This document shows positions 23,989 to 37,230 of a stretch of 64,000 nt of DNA, in pieces. The notes beneath the pieces are model-generated. The model searched no databases. It worked only from the letters and a program-made list of their open reading frames with translations, and was not told the DNA's origin. Within the stretch, counting starts at the first letter, position 1, and each line of letters begins with the position of its first letter. Origin of the DNA: Centroscyllium fabricii. Taxonomy: Eukaryota. Position numbers and translations under genes: made by a program. The stretch is from positions 72,726,001-72,790,000 of the forward strand of contig JBNRSN020000014.1 in NCBI GenBank assembly GCA_051313645.2, given 5' to 3'.

Positions 23989-24373
23989 GGGCGGCACGGT
24001 GGCATAGTGGTTAGCACTGTTGCCTCACAGCACTGGAGCCCCGGGTTCAAATCCAGCCTGGGTACTATCTGTGGAGTTTGCACATTCTCCCCGTCTCTGC
24101 GTGGGTTTGCTCCGGTTTCCTCCCACAGTCCAAAGATGTGCGGGTTAGGTTGATTGGCCAGGATAATTTGACCCTTAGTGTTAGGGGATTGAATATGTGG
24201 GGTTATGGGGATGGGGTGGGATCCATGTGTCGGTGCAGGCTCGATAGGGATACGGGGACAAGGCAGGGACAGGGTACTGGTTTTGGATGATCAGCCATGA
24301 TCTGATTGAATGGCGGAGCAGGCTCGAAGGGCCGAATGGCGTACTCCTGCTCTTATCTTCTATGTTTCTATGT
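23989..24373 (+). mobile_element. V-SINE (HE1-like)
   Basis: tRNA head, V domain, CR1 tail ending CTATGTTTCTATGT. Confidence 0.92.
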
Positions 24374-24434
24374 CTCCAAACGGTTATTTCCTGCAGTAAA
24401 ATTGGCGGGCTTTTTGATATGGGAGATTAATCTC

Positions 24435-24560
24435 AGTTCAGCCAATCGGGGTCTGAGTTTCCAGCGTTTCATTGATTGGTCAGAGTTGGGTTTAAAGTGG
24501 GTGGGCGCCGGTCTCCAGCCAATCAGTGCTGGGGCGGTCCCTCACTGAGTATAACAAGGC
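24435..24560 (+). promoter_or_regulatory. H3 promoter with multiple CCAAT boxes
   Basis: GCCAATC, ATTGG, GCCAATC, GC box and TATAAC upstream of H3. Confidence 0.65.
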
Positions 24561-24626
24561 GGACAGACAGCAGAATCCACATTAACAGTCCGTGTGTTCC
24601 ACATTGTGCTGTGATCGGTTCAGAAA

Positions 24627-25037
<411 letters not shown>

Positions 25038-25660
25038 ACTCACCCTGCCCGGCTCCACACTTTAGCACCAAATACAACAACTGCTCTTTTAAGAGCCACC
25101 AAATCAGCACAGGAAAGAGCTGCGATCTGTGCAAGGACTGTGTACACCGTGCACATCTTGTAGTGTTAATATAATTGGCGATTTATAAGGTGGCGGCACT
25201 GAATATCTGACTGGGTTTGATCTCGGTTTAAATGTGTGAGTTGCCCAGTACACTGACTGCATCCGTCCAGAGTGGTTCAGAATCTATCCGTGGGAGCTCT
25301 GCTATAAATTGATCCAACATATCGGATCGATTATCCAGAGAGGAAGAGGTGCCTGAAGTCTGAATTAACCAGAGCTGTCATTCTGGTTCTATCCTGTCTG
25401 CAAATTAAAAGGGAAAAACACTTTGGATTAATGTGTTCAGGATCTGAATAGCCGCTCATAGCAAACCCTCTGCATTGTTTTTGGATCTAGTTTCCCACAT
25501 GTTCGACAGAGTGTCCTGTTTATAACCGAGAATGGCTGAGGGTTATTTCTGATCAGGAAACTCCCAGCTTAATAACACATATTTAATGTTAACTCCGTTT
25601 TAGAAATATTGTGCTCCATAAAACAGAACAGTGACCAGCCCTTTCTCAGATACAGTGGGT

Positions 25661-25676
25661 GGCTCTGAAAAGAGCC
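25661..25676 (-). terminator. Histone 3' stem-loop (H2A)
   Basis: Reverse complement of GGCTCTTTTCAGAGCC. Confidence 0.93.
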
Positions 25677-25706
25677 TTCGGGTTGTCAGATTGAATTGTG
25701 TCCGCT

Positions 25707-26089
25707 TTACTTGCTCTTGGAGCTGGCAGTGCTGGTTTTCTTGGGCAGTAGCACGGCCTGGATATTAGGCAGCACCCCGCCCTGGGCGATGGTCACCTTT
25801 CCCAGCAGCTTGTTGAGCTCCTCGTCGTTGCGGATGGCCAGCTGCAGGTGTCTGGGGATGATGCGGGACTTCTTGTTGTCGCGGGCCGCGTTGCCGGCCA
25901 GCTCCAGGATTTCAGCGGTCAGATACTCGAGCACAGCAGCCATGTAGACGGGGCTCCGGCACCCACACGCTCAGCATAGTTGCCCTTTCGCAGGAGCCTG
26001 TGAACACGGCCCACAGGGAACTGCAGTCCGGCCCGGGAGGAGCGGGACTTGGCCCGAGCTTTACCGCCAGCTTTTCCTCTTCCAGACAT
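25707..26089 (-). pseudogene. H2A: Histone H2A pseudogene
   Basis: MSGRGK...RVGAGAP then 1-bp deletion frameshift; C-terminal half in another frame; AK missing in the tail. Confidence 0.92.
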
Positions 26090-27027
26090 TTCCACAATCA
26101 ACAGGACCAGACAAAGAATGAGAATCTCCTCCCATATCTGCCCTTCTTGTACCTTCTGGAGGAATGTAGGGAGTTAGTTTGTGATTGGTCGCTCTGTTGC
26201 GAATTTCATTGGTGTTTTCGGTGACCATTCACAGTCTGCTTTTCCCACCAATGAAAAGAGGGGGAAATAATTCAACAGTCAGACCGCCAAAGATTTTTTA
26301 ATTTCAAAAAGCCCGCCAATATTTTCCAAAACGAGCGAATTAAGTTAATAAATTCACCATTAGTTCAAGATTTCCGAACATTTTTTAAAATACCATTTGT
26401 CTTATTCCATCTGTCGATTGCAAATTCCAGGTTGTTATAATCAGGATTAATTTGGGATTCTATTTCAAACTGTAATGGGCGGGAATCGATCGCCATTGAT
26501 TCTGTAACGGGACACATTCCAGCTCAATCTCGGTAAAAGTGAGGTTTCAGATTATCGATCGATCCTTTGCACAGGCGCTGCTGTGGGAGTGAAAACAGAA
26601 CTGGGAGTCCTTCTGTGAGAAGAGTGACTGAGTGTTCAAACCGTCTCCGTTCTCGTCTCTATAAGAACTCCCATTCTGGGTTGTTAAACTGCAGGAAGTC
26701 TCGGGTTAGTAAACGGATTGAGTCACAACTGGCATTAAAAACATTGAAAAGGTCTTGACAGAGAAACTAGGTGACTGAAATCCGAATCTCAAAGCAAGCG
26801 TTTAATTCGGCGTGTCTGAGAGCAAAGGGACAGAGCGACCAGGGAACAGTGTTTGTAGTTTACCGGGAGGGGAATTGAACGGTCAGCTCGAACTGAACAA
26901 TGTTTATCTGAGAATTAAGAACTTAATCTGCAGCTCGAACTTAAAATGTTCTCAAACACACCTGTTAATGAAATACTACAGCATCTTGGACAAGCGTTTG
27001 TGTGGCTCTTTCAGAGAGGTTGTGGGT

Positions 27028-27043
27028 GGCTCTTAAAAGAGCC
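27028..27043 (-). terminator. Histone 3' stem-loop (H2B)
   Basis: Reverse complement of GGCTCTTTTAAGAGCC, HDE GAAAGAGC. Confidence 0.93.
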
Positions 27044-27083
27044 GTTGTGTTTTGGGTTTGTTCTGTCAGGACAGTGTGGAGTT

Positions 27084-27458
27084 CTACTTGGAGCTGGTGT
27101 ATTTGGTCACCGCCTTTGTCCCTTCCGACACGGCGTGCTTGGCCAGCTCCCCGGGCAGCAGCAGGCACACGGCGGTCTGGATCTCCCGGGAGCTGATGGT
27201 GTGCCGCTTGTTGTAATGGGCCAGGCGGGAAGCCTCACCCGCGATGCGCTCGAAAATATCGTTCACAAACGAGTTCATGATGCTCATGGCCTTGGAGGAG
27301 ATGCCGGTGTCGGGGTGAACCTGCTTCATCACTTTGTAGACGTAGATGGAATAACTCTCCTTCCTGGACTTTCGACGTTTCTTGCCACTTTTCGGCGCCG
27401 CTTTCTTCACGATTTTCTTGGCGCCCTTCTTGGCAACGGTTTTCTTGTCGTCAACCAT
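27084..27458 (-). CDS. H2B: Histone H2B (intact ORF; promoter displaced by a transposon)
   Basis: [12 protein letters not shown]...[26 protein letters not shown]...AVTKYTSSK; R to C in TAVCLLL. Confidence 0.9.
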   Translation of the reverse strand: MVDDKKTVAKKGAKKIVKKAAPKSGKKRRKSRKESYSIYVYKVMKQVHPDTGISSKAMSIMNSFVNDIFERIAGEASRLAHYNKRHTISSREIQTAVCLLLPGELAKHAVSEGTKAVTKYTSSK

Positions 27459-27478
27459 CGTCACGTTCAGTCTCAGTA

Positions 27479-29248
27479 ATGGCCCTGTCACACCTTGACG
27501 TTTTAGCCAGCGTATGCAAATTTGGCTAAAACGCTGGGTTACGTCGGATACGTTATGGGTACGTTTTGCATACGTTAAGAGCACGCTGGCATACGCTGGC
27601 CATAAGTTGCATATGTCGTTGTACTCCGAGTAAGTCGAGAAATTTTGAGCATGCACAAAATTTCTCGACGTACCTTGCGTATGATTCACACGTTCCGCAT
27701 ACGCTGGCCATACGTTGTAGGCACGTTAGGCGATCGTTGACACACGTCGACACACGTTACTTGTAAGTTAGTCATAAGTCAAAATACGTCGAGATAATGT
27801 CTAGCATACCCGGAACTTATTTCTAACCTATGAGTAACGTGCTTTGAACCTATGTGTAACGTATCTCCAACGCATATTGACGTATTTGACGTCTTCCGGA
27901 CGACCACAGAACTTATGCCCCTGTCATGCCCTGTCACTGTCACGGGGGGCCTGTTCCTTTAAATATTAGAAACAGTTTTTGCTGTTTGCTCCACAGCTGT
28001 TTCAAGGAATAGGTCCCTTGTTAGGTTATTAACTGTTCAATTATCTATGCATGTGTTAGTTGTGCTCTGCTCTCATCCCCTCAGGATTATTGGCTATCAC
28101 CCAATAGGGTACTTGCTGGGTTTAGGATATAATCAGGAGGTTGGCTGAGAGCAGATGCTGGATCATTGCAGAGTAATGCGTCATGGGACTGGACTGCTAT
28201 TATTTCATTCTACAGGCCACTGGAAGGAGGTGGTTTTCTGCTGTGCTGAGTGGCCGTCAGAGGCAAGGAGGTTGCAGATCGATTGACTCAGCTTGTACTT
28301 GTACTTTGCTATTTCTGGCGCTCAGGCTGGGTTGCCCAACAGGGGCATTGGGCTGGAACGCATTTCCCTCCGCCTTGACAGTGCGCCCTGCTATTGGGAA
28401 CTCAGCAATGGACATTCATCTGTTTGGTAAGGGAGTCCCCCTGCCGGTAGATCTGGTGCGCTACTGCCTGATTGCCATGGGGTTAAGTCTCTGTGACAGA
28501 ACAGAAGAAGTAGGTCAGACCCATTTCTACTACATGGACATTCATCTTTTCATCCGAACCCTGGTTTGGACATTGGTCATCTGGAGGCATAAGCTGTTCC
28601 CACATCCTCTACGTAGAGGGTGGAATGAGATGTCATGCTCGCTGAGGAGGACTTGCTCGGTTCTCTTTAGGGTGGACAGTTATGCTAGGACTGGTATTCT
28701 TGGGGAGAATGGCGCGCCTGGATTGCGTAGCACCCCTCTATTCATTGCTCGCTGTGTTTGGAAGTTTGTGCCGGTCTGTTTATAAGACTTGTGTGGTATA
28801 TGTGTTCTATATATATTGTATGTTTAGGGTATTATATGGGGTTTTAGGAATAAAGCAGTTTGGTTTTATAAACGTTTCAGTGTCTCTGCATTTGGGCCCC
28901 GCCTTCATTCCGAATACACCCAACCGTTACAGTCACACCTTGACGATTTAGCTAGCGTATGCCGACGTATCAAAATTTATCTAAAACGTCGGCGATATGC
29001 TGCCGCGCGCTATGCATACGTTAGACTATCGTTGGGCATAAGTTGTGAACACCGACAACACGCTAAGCATTCGTTGGTATAAGTTATCTGTAACTTATCG
29101 AAACGTTCTGTGTATGTTACTAATACGATACGTCCAACTCGTTATGAATACGCTATTATATGCCCAAAACTGAAAAAAACATCGATAGTTCAGCGTTTTA
29201 GCCAAATTTGCATATGCTGGCTAAAACGTCAAGGTGTGACAGGGCCAT
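27479..29248. mobile_element. Non-autonomous TIR DNA transposon (PIF/Harbinger-like or TA-targeting) in the H2B 5' UTR
   Basis: ~59-bp TIRs ATGGCCCTGTCACACCTTGACGTTTTAGCCAGC...; TA/TAA duplication; ACGT/CGTA-rich interior; no transposase. Confidence 0.88.
27938..28931 (+). mobile_element. Solo LTR (sushi-like Gypsy), nested in the TIR element
   Basis: TGTCAC...GTTACA, TSD GTCAC, TATA and AATAAA; homologous to 38675-39645. Confidence 0.92.
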
Positions 29249-29249
29249 T

Positions 29250-29370
29250 AACAACTGAAGCAGAGGCTGCTCCGAGCTGGTCTTATATAGACTGCCCCAC
29301 AGTCCGTCCCACAGAGCTATGCTAATGAAGGATCAGTGAAGGCAAGGATTGCCATTGGTTTATTGGCAGC
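29250..29370 (-). promoter_or_regulatory. Displaced H2B promoter
   Basis: Minus strand reads CCAAT, CCAAT, octamer-like CTTCATTAGCAT, CTATATAAG; same layout as upstream of H2B at 55132. Confidence 0.8.
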
Positions 29371-30297
29371 GCTGGCAATTTCCTTTGTTCTCCATCTCTC
29401 TGAACCACCACTATCTCAAATACTGCAATGCCGCCACCAATTCAAAGCCCTTCTATATTGATACTGTCCTCAAATCCTGTTTCTATTCTGCTCCCTCCAA
29501 CATTTTCAACGACAGCCGGTGTTAGGTTGAAGGTTATTTGTGGTTTTTTACCTGTACATAATCTCATCTCCTACGGGTCTGCTGTTACTGCCATCACTCT
29601 GAGGCCTGGTTGCCTCATTGCTGGTTTTTTTATTGTAATATTTAACGCTCTATCTATTTATTTATTTATTTATTAACTAACTAACTAATTATCATGTCTG
29701 GCCTGAACGTGAATGTCGTTATATATAGTCGCCAATCACTCTTGGACTTACGGAACATCTCAGCTGATTTTTATGTAAATACAGAGATTACAACAAGCAA
29801 GTTAACAAAGGACTTACCTGTGGAGGTACTGAGAGTCAATAGAGTGCAGTGGGGGAAGATGAGCCCACCCCTCAACCAGAACCATCAGGCTCACAGAAGT
29901 AGGTGCAAACGAGCCCACAGGCGGGGGTCACGGGCAGGCCTGCTAGTTAGATTGCGCCGACGGGGTTGGAAACCAGCCTTGCCCAGCATTCTCCTTGCAA
30001 ATGTTCAATCTCTGGTTAACAAGATTGACGAGCTGAACTGCCGCATCGCCTCACAGCGCATCATTAGGGAGTGCTGTGCAATGATTCTAACAGAGTCGTG
30101 GTTAACCTCAATGATACCTGATGATGAGGTGCAGCCCCAGGGATTTGTTTTGTTTAGGACTGACAGAACATCTGACTCTACGGGGAAGAACAGAGGCGGT
30201 GGTGTCTGCTGCCTGATCAACAACAAATGGTGTACAGATGTCCAGGTACTTTGACAGCACTGTACAGCCAATTTGGAACTACTAACAATCAAGTGTC

Positions 30298-33200
30298 TGT
30301 AGTGCATGCAGGCCTGAAGAACCACGCTGGAGACAGTGAGATCGGATAACACTCATTTATTACTTTGCTCTGCAGGGGCCAGGTAGCGAAGAGAGTGAGC
30401 TACCTGGGACAGGCTTATTTAAAGAGTCCGCGGTTGGTGACGTCATCACGCCGGAAGTCGCGGTGATGTCATCACGTCACCCGATGGGCGGGGCCGTGCC
30501 CCGCAGTACTCCCGAGGCGGATTCGATGGTCCTGGTGGGCGTGTCGCCACACAGCTCCCCCCCAGAATCTGTGAGGGAGAATAAAGTGAAAATAAAAAAA
30601 GGGAGCATAAAGTTAAAATAAAAAAAGGGAGAATAAAAGATGAGTCTCAAGCGAGGCGTTGAAGTGGCCGGATGATGCGGCCGGCACGTGTCGTGCGCTG
30701 CTCCTTGTTCTGCATGGGAGTGTGGGCGGGTTTTGGTGCGGTAGGGCGTCCGTGTTTTGGTGGCTGCGCGGGGACTGTTGTCTCGCCCGCCATTACATGT
30801 GCCGGTTTGAGCCGGTCAATAGAGACAGTTTCAGTTCTGTTGCCCATTTTGATTTTGAAGGTCTCAGCTCCCGCCCGAAGCACTCTGTACGGTCCATCGT
30901 ACGGTGGTTGTAATGGTGTTCGATGTGCGTCGTGGCGGACAAACACATATTCGGCATTCTTGATGCCGTCTGGAACACGTGCTGCTGGCTCTCCGTGCCG
31001 GGCCACCAGTAGTGGCTTGAACGCTCCTGCCTGGTTGTTGAACTCCCTGAGGCACCGGTCAGCTGACCAGTGAGCGTTGGGTTCTGCGAGGAACTCGCCT
31101 GGTACGGTTAGGGGTTGGCCGTAGACGAGTTCCGCCGCTGAGGCGTGCAGGTCTTCCTTGGCCGCTGAGCGCAGGCCGAGCATTACCCAGGGCAGGCGGT
31201 CGGTCCAGGTTGCGTCCTTCAGACTGGCCCACAGGGAAGCTTTGATGGAGCGGTGGAACCGTTCGCAGAGGCCATTGGCCTGTGGGTGGTAAGCGGTGGT
31301 TCGGTGCAGGGTTACCCCGAGGTCGCGGGCGATGGTCGCCCATAGTGTTGAGGTGAATTGGGGGCCCCTGTCCGACGTGATGTCGGTGGGTACGCCGAAA
31401 CGTGCGACCCAGGTGGCGATGAAGGCCCTGGCCAGGTCCGCGATGGTGGTAGCGATGAGTGGGACCGCTTCTGGCCAGCGAGTGCTGCGGTCGACCATGG
31501 TCATGACGTGTGTGTGTCCCCGTGATGGCGGTAGTGGTCCGACCAGGTCGATGTGGACGTGGCCGAAGCGTCTAGCTGGGATGGTGAACATTTCCAGCGG
31601 TGCCTTGATGTGTTTGTGCACCTTGGCGCGCTGGCAGGCAGTGCAGGCGTTGGTCCAGGCGCGGACATCCCTGCGCAGGCCGTGCCAGACGAAACGTGCC
31701 GAAATCAGCTTAGTGGATGCGCGGGTGCCAGGGTGGGACAGGCCATGAAGGGTCTGGAAGATGTGTCGCCTCCATGTGTGGGGGACGACGGGTCTGGGCT
31801 GCGGGAGGGAGACGTCGCAGCGGACCTCTGTGGCTGTGGGCCCGTGTGCTATGGTGGCCAAGTGCAGGCCGGGGAGGTTGGTAGCTGGGTCGAGCAGGTC
31901 AGGCTCGGTCAGTTGGTCGGCCGCCAGTTTGGCGTAATCGACCGCCGTTTGTACGGAGTTGATGGTGGGACGTGACAGGCAGTCAGCAACCACGTTGTCG
32001 TGGCCGGCGATGTGCTGTATGTCGGTGGTAAACTCCGACATGGCCGCGAGCTGGCGCTGCTGCCTGGCCGACCAGGGTTCGGCGATCTTAGCCATTGCAG
32101 ACACAAGTGGGTTGTGATCCACGAAGGCTGTAAAGTGGCGGCCCTCTAAGAGGAAGCGGAAGTGGCGCACTGCGAGGTAGAGAGCGAGTAGCTCCCTATC
32201 GAAGGCGCTGTACTTGACCTCCGGGGGCCGAAGTTGCCGGCTGAAAAAGGCCAGGGGTTGCCAGGAGTTGCCTGTCCACTGCTCGTAGACCGCTCCGACC
32301 GCGTGGTCGGAGGCGTCGGTGGTGAGGGCCACTCTGGCGTTGGGCCTAGGGTGGGCTAGGAGCGTGGCATTGGCCAGGGCGGTTTTGGTTGCGGTGAAGG
32401 CGGTGGTGGCTTCGGCCGTCCACTCGACCGCAGTTTTGTTAGACTACCCGCGGGTGGCCTGATAAAGGGGTGCCATGAGAGCGGCTGCTCCTGGGATGAA
32501 GCGGTTATAGAAATTAACCATCCCGAGGAATTCCTGCAGCCCCTTGATGGAGTGCGGGCGGGGCAATTCCTGGACCGCCTGCACCTTGGAAGGCAGGGGT
32601 ATGGCCCCGGTCTGGGAAATGCGGTGGCCGAGGAAGTCGATTGCCTCGAGGCCGAACCGACATTTGGAGGGGCTTAATATTAGGCCGTGTTCGACCAGGC
32701 GTTTGAACAGGGTCCTGAGATGGAGGAGGTGTTCCTGGGGTGAGGTGCTGGCCACGAGGATGTCGTCCAGGTAGACGAACGTGAACTGCAAGTCCCGTAG
32801 GACTGAGTCCATGAGGCGTTGGAAGGCCTGGGCCGCGTTTTTGAGTCCGAATGGCATTCGGAGAAACTCGAAAAGGCCAAAAGGGGTAATGACGGCTGTC
32901 TTAGGGACGTCCGCCGGGTGCACTGGTACCTGGTGGTAGCCCCGTACCAGGTCGATCTTTGAAAAGACCGTGCAGCCGGCTAGCCTTGCTGAGAAATCTT
33001 GGATGTGGGGGACGGGGTACCTGTCTGGGGTGGTGGCGTTGTTGAGGCGGCGGTAGTCTCCGCAGGGACGCCAGCCACCGCCAGGCTTGGGGGCGATGTG
33101 GAGGGGGGAGGCCCAGGGGCTGCTGGAGCGGCGAATTATGCTGAGTTGTTCCATGATGTGGAACTCGGTACGCGCGATCTCCAGCTTGGCCGGGTCCAGC

Positions 33201-34822
33201 CTGCGTGCGTGGGTATGGACTGGAGGGCCTGTGGTGGTGATGTGATGCTCCACCCCATGCTTGGCCGTGCGGGCTGTGAAGGTGGGGTTGGTGAGGGCTG
33301 GGAACTCCGCGTGGAGCGTGCTGTACGTGTCGGAGTTCCGGGCTCGGCAGTGGGACGCTGTGTGGGCCTGGTGTGCCGGCCCTGTGGAGCATGGGATGGT
33401 CGACATGTTGTGGATGTCGACCAGTCGGCGCCGGGTCACGTCGACCAGGAGGCCGTGGGCGCAGAGGAAATCTGCCCCGAGGAGGGGTAGTTTGACTTGG
33501 GCTGAGATGTAGTCCCACGGGTACGTGTGGCCTGCTAGCTTGATGGTGAGCTTGCGGGTGCCGTACGTGGCTATTTCGGAGCCGTTTGCGGTTTCGAGTA
33601 GTGGGCCCCGGGTGCCTTGCTTGGTTTCTGCAGGAGAGGCTGGCACGATGCTGTGCTGCGCGCCTGTATCGCAGAGGAACCGGAGGCCTGAGCCGCTGTC
33701 CGTGACGAAGAGCAGTGCTCCAGAGCGGCCTACGGACATGGTGGGGCTTGAGCTGGGCTGGGGTTTGAAGGTGCAGCGTTGGACGCAGCGCTGCGCTTTG
33801 GCTTGAAATCGGGTGTGATAGTAACACCAGCCAGGGTCTGTTGTGCGCGGCTTTTTGCGGGGTCGCGTTGGCCTGGGTTCAGACTTGGGTTCGGACCTGG
33901 GGTGCGCGTGGTGGGGCTCCGGTGCCGTGGCAGCGGGCTCGCACGTGACGGAGCGGGAGCGCTCGGCTCTCATCAGCTTGTCGGCCTCCTCAGCCAGTTG
34001 TTCTCCGCCGTAGTGGTAGAGGGTCGTCAGAGCCGGCCTGACGGAGGGAGGCAGTTTGAGGAGGAACAAGGTGCGCTTAATGGTGGCTGAGTCGAAATTC
34101 AGCGCTTCCATTTGGGCACAGAGGTCCGATGGGTCTGAGTCCCCGAGTTCGGGGAGGTTAATGATCTGGCAGTCGCGCTCAAACTGGGAGGGGGTGAATT
34201 TCTTTAGCAGCGCGGCCTTAAGGAATTCATACCTGCCTGCAGTTGGTGCACGCTGTATCGTTGGCCACATTCGGTCGACCGTGGTCTGTGATAGGGCCGC
34301 GAAGAGCAGGTTGTAGCGATCGTCCCCCTGTACGCCATGAATGCGGTAGGTGTTCTCGATGCAGAGGAACCAGGCCACTGGGCTTAGCTCCCAGAACTCT
34401 GGCAGAGTTGGTTTTTGTCCGGAGTTCTGGCCCAATCTTTGAGGTCGCGCTGCTTGGCTCCCTGATGGCATGTTGGTTGGGAGTGTACTGAGGCAGCTTG
34501 ACCCTCAGTCCTGCAGCAACTGCTTCATTTTGTTCCTTTGGAAGGCGTTCCAAGTACGGGGTCACCACTGTAGTGCATGCAGGCCTGAAGAACCACGCTG
34601 GAGACAGTGAGATCGGATAACACTCATTTATTACTTTGCTCTGCAGGGGCCAGGTAGCGAAGAGAGTGAGCTACCTGGGACAGGCTTATTTAAAGATTCC
34701 GCGGTTGGTGATGTCATCACGCCGGAAGTCGCGGTGACGTCATCACATCACCCGATGGGCGGGGCCGTGCCCCGCAGTACTCCCGAGGCCGATTCGATGG
34801 TCCTGGTGGGCATGTCGCCACA
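30298..34822 (-). mobile_element. Full-length CsRn1-clade Gypsy retrotransposon
   Basis: 254-bp LTRs 30298-30551 and 34569-34822, 4-bp TSD TGTC, tRNA-Trp-type PBS TGGTGACCCCG, PPT GGGGGGGAG, CHCC gag motif. Confidence 0.96.
30647..34471 (-). pseudogene. gag-pol: CsRn1 gag-pol with a single in-frame TAG at 32444-32446
   Basis: CYYHTRFQAKAQRCVQRC, LCDTGA, YLDD, TDAS, HGLSHPG, DDE core, PYDGPYRV; both ORFs share one frame. Confidence 0.92.
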
Positions 34823-35704
34823 TGTCGCCCTTTTTATCTACCGAGGGAAATCTCTGCTATTCTTATGTCTTCTGTTTACATCCAACCACGAGCCGATGAA
34901 ACCACTGCATTGAGTGAACTTTACAGTGAGATCAGTAAAGTTCAGAACCGGTATCCCGAGGCAGTTTCCATCATTGCAGGAGACTTTAATCACTGCAACC
35001 GAAAGAAAGTTATGCCGAAATACTTCCAAAACATCTCCTGTCCAACAAGGAACGGAAAAACTCTGGACCAGTGTTATACTACAATTCAACACACCTTCCG
35101 TGCCATTGCTTGGCCGGGCTTCGGCAACTCAGACCACGCCTCCGTGCTCCTACTTCCTGTTTATAAACAGAAGTTAAAAAACACACCTATAACAATGAAA
35201 ACAGTAAGAATCTGGGCAGCGGACAACGAACTTAAACTGCAGGGCGGGCGAAAAAATTATCGGGTGTGCACTTCCATCCATCGAGGAGATCTTCCAGACC
35301 AGATGTCAGAACAAGACCCACTCCATCATCAAGGACCCCAATCACCCTGGGCACGATCTGTTCTCCTTCCTGCGGTCTGGCCGTCGGTAGTGCAGCATCC
35401 GAACCTAGACCAGCAGGTTTAAAAACAGTTTCTACCCACAGGCAGTGCGCCTACTGAACTGCTAACTGCACTCGTTACTTATTTGTTTATTTGATTATTA
35501 TTTTTTCTATATTTATACTTTTTTTTCACTTTTTCCTCTTTGCTTTTCTACATTTATAATTGTGGGAGTGAATGGGGAGTAAGCATTCCATTGTACGAGT
35601 TACACATGGCAATAACATTATCTTGTATCTTGAATCTTGAATATATATATATATTTATGTAAAGAATCTGAACAGCCAACACGCGGCAGTGTTTGTTAAC
35701 AGAC

Positions 35705-35985
35705 ACAGAGAAGATAGGAGCAGGAGTCGGCCATTCGGCCCCTCAAGCCTGCTCCGTCATTCGATGAGATCATGGCTGATCATCCAAACTCAGTATCCTG
35801 TCCCTGCCTCCTCCCCGTATTCCTTGATACCTTTAGCTCCACGAACTATATCTAACTCCTTCTTGCATATATTTAATGACTTGGCCTCAACTACATTCTG
35901 TGGTAGAGAATTCCACAGGTTCACCACTCTCTGGGTGAAGAAATTCTTCCTCATCTCTGTCCTAATTGGCTTACCCCTTATCCTT
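35705..35985 (-). mobile_element. CR1 LINE 3' end
   Basis: RTEMRKNFFTQRVVNLWNSLP and tail. Confidence 0.85.
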
Positions 35986-36186
35986 GTTGATCTAGATTTC
36001 GAAGCATTCGACAGACAGCGATTGGAATATAAATGAGTCATCTCAGATCAGGACATTTCCGGGGCAATGTTTCAACTGTACTGATTTAATATAACACATC
36101 ATGACTCCCATCAATATAAAACTAGCTCTGGGACAATTGTGATCAATTGATCAACAGTGACCAGCCCTTTCTCAGATACAGTGGGT

Positions 36187-36202
36187 GGCTCTGAAAAGAG
36201 CC
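36187..36202 (-). terminator. Histone 3' stem-loop (second H2A)
   Basis: Reverse complement of GGCTCTTTTCAGAGCC. Confidence 0.93.
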
Positions 36203-36232
36203 TTTGGGTTGTCAGATTGAATTGTGTCCGCT

Positions 36233-36649
<417 letters not shown>

Positions 36650-37230
36650 TCAGGGTTCAGCTCTCTTTTCACTCTGAAGTGGATTGCAGAAGTGACGTTT
36701 TTGATTGGTCTCTGTATTGTAAATCTGATTGGCCCGCTTAACTCACCACACATGTCAGCTGTTTTGTTCAAGAATCACAGTCCTTAGCCAAAGGTTTGAA
36801 AATTTCTCACCCTGTTCTCTGTGTCTCAGTGTGTCGCTCACTCGCTCTTCAATAAGGAGGTTGTGTGTTTACAGCTTTCCCACAGAATTTGAACATGAAA
36901 TCCAGGTTGAAACTGCCCAGGGTCAGTCCTGGTCCCGAGGGAGTGCTTCACTATCGAATCAGACAAGCCCTCTCACCTCGACCTGAGCGATTTCACCATT
37001 TCGAAGAAGGAGGCAATTCTCGAGCTGTGTGTGGACAGTGTGCGGCAATAAGGAATGAGAACAATCCTTCAATACTACATTTTTCATTTTTTAAATTTGC
37101 TTATGCAATGTGGCCGTCGTGCAAGCCCAGTGTTTATTGCCCAGCCCTAGTTGCCCTTGAGAAGGTGGTGGTGAGCTGGCTTCTTGAACAGCTGCAGTCC
37201 GTGTGGTGAAGGGACTGCCACAGTGCAGTT

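Larger units (their letters stand above)
29430..35640 (+). mobile_element. Rex1/Babar LINE (APE endonuclease part plus 3' end, RT deleted), interrupted by a CsRn1 element
   Basis: YSRQSLL, LPSILLANVQSL, LTESWL, GGGVC, IKC|RPFYLPRE across the insertion, IAGDFN, SDH; tail TCTTGA repeats. Confidence 0.85.

Noticed and set aside
27459-27689. 201-aa extended H2B
   Set aside because: The extension is transposon sequence with no evidence of a promoter or use
28183-28785. 200-aa ORF in the solo LTR
   Set aside because: No recognisable domain; broken in the sister copy at 38891-39740
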